64,000 nt of DNA from Marsupella aquatica (Eukaryota; Plantae; Marchantiophyta): NCBI GenBank assembly GCA_973895155.1, contig OZ316899.1, positions 7,195,241-7,259,240 of the forward strand. Reading direction: 5' to 3'. This document shows positions 63,293 to 64,000 of the stretch, in pieces (the first letter of the stretch is position 1; each line of letters starts with the position of its first letter). Below the pieces are notes generated by a model. The model was not told the DNA's origin. It did not search any database and saw only the letters and a program-made list of their open reading frames with translations. Made by a program: the position numbers and the translations under genes.

Positions 63293-64000
63293 CAAGAGAG
63301 AGCGTGATTGACAGAGAAAGAGAATGAGAGCGACAGCGAGCTGGAAAGCAACATATACCCCTTGCGGTCGCAACAATGATTGCGGTCGCTACCCGGCCGC
63401 CAAACCTGACACTCGGGATCTGGTGGAGGACGTGTCACTAACATGGCAAACCACCACCCGCCGCCAAACCAATCTGCATTTATGGAAATGGCTGCTCACC
63501 ACACTCCACGCCGCCACAAAAAAGTACTACACGACAATCTGGTAGAGTTGAAAGTCTGAAATTCTCGCACCCCCACTCACTATATAACGTGACAGACCAC
63601 TTCGTGCAAGTCATTGTTTGAGATCTGACTCATTCGTGCCTTCAGTCCGAGGTGGGACTTTTGTTAAAGCGTGCTCTGTTGTTTCAGGTACTGCTCCTGT
63701 CATTTTCAATTTTGTTTTAGTGATTGTGTCAGTATGTGAATGTATTTGCTTGAGTCTTTCCCATTGGGATGTCGTTTAACTGTACAAGTTTTAAGAGCCT
63801 ATTAATGTTTATTCAGTAGTAATCTCTATTGAATTTTGGACTTTTGATTGTCTACACGAGCCTCGTGTTGTTCCCTTCGTCTATCCAAATACAACTTTCA
63901 ATAGAAAGTTCCTCTAAAAAGAATTCTCATTTCAGAATATCCATCTCTGTGTAGAAGTTTTAAGAGCCTACTAGTGTGTATTCAGTCGTAATCTCTATTG

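Larger units (their letters stand above)
59498..63871. repeat. Dispersed 21-bp palindrome TCTAC(A/G)CGA-N3-TCG(C/T)GTAGA, at least 7 copies
   Basis: Copies start at 59498, 62037, 62819, 62871, 62965, 63526 and 63851. Confidence 0.85.

Noticed and set aside
62339-63545. ORFs 62390-62770 and 62998-63444 as genes
   Set aside because: No recognisable motif, and one runs through a microsatellite; left unassigned.
59498-63871. Palindromic repeats as a CRISPR array or integron attC sites
   Set aside because: Spacing is irregular (tens of bp to kb), there is no cas or integrase gene, and the context is eukaryotic.

Overview
Eukaryotic, almost certainly non-seed land-plant (bryophyte/lycophyte/fern-like; an inference from the TE lineages) heterochromatic window made almost wholly of nested transposable elements, with no clear host gene. 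Contents from left to right: (1) the 3' part of a CACTA element, with a SET-domain exon just upstream of its transposase; (2) non-chromovirus Ty3/Gypsy element G1, interrupted by a non-autonomous LTR element (itself carrying an RTE/RTEX-like LINE) and by a solo LTR; (3) a related Gypsy G2, into which G1 inserted, with a young Bianca-type Copia in its LTR; (4) a second CACTA preceded by an EDM2-like PHD module and tandem BRCT domains; (5) L1 and chromovirus fragments; (6) a second Copia remnant split by a 4.7-kb solo LTR; (7) a second LINE copy; (8) an unclassified element encoding a ParB/Srx-like (SGQHS) protein among dispersed 9-3-9 palindromes. Main discovery: the non-chromovirus Gypsy family appears to have giant (~3.3-4.7 kb) LTRs that themselves encode a 550-1150 aa protein (shared G..L..LPW core plus coiled coil). 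Support comes from PPT-to-TGTGA junctions right after the integrase in G1 and G2, and from a TSD-flanked solo LTR that contains the whole ORF. Second theme: chromatin reader/writer cargo (EDM2-like PHD, SET, BRCT) beside CACTA transposases. All domain calls are by eye, without database searches.
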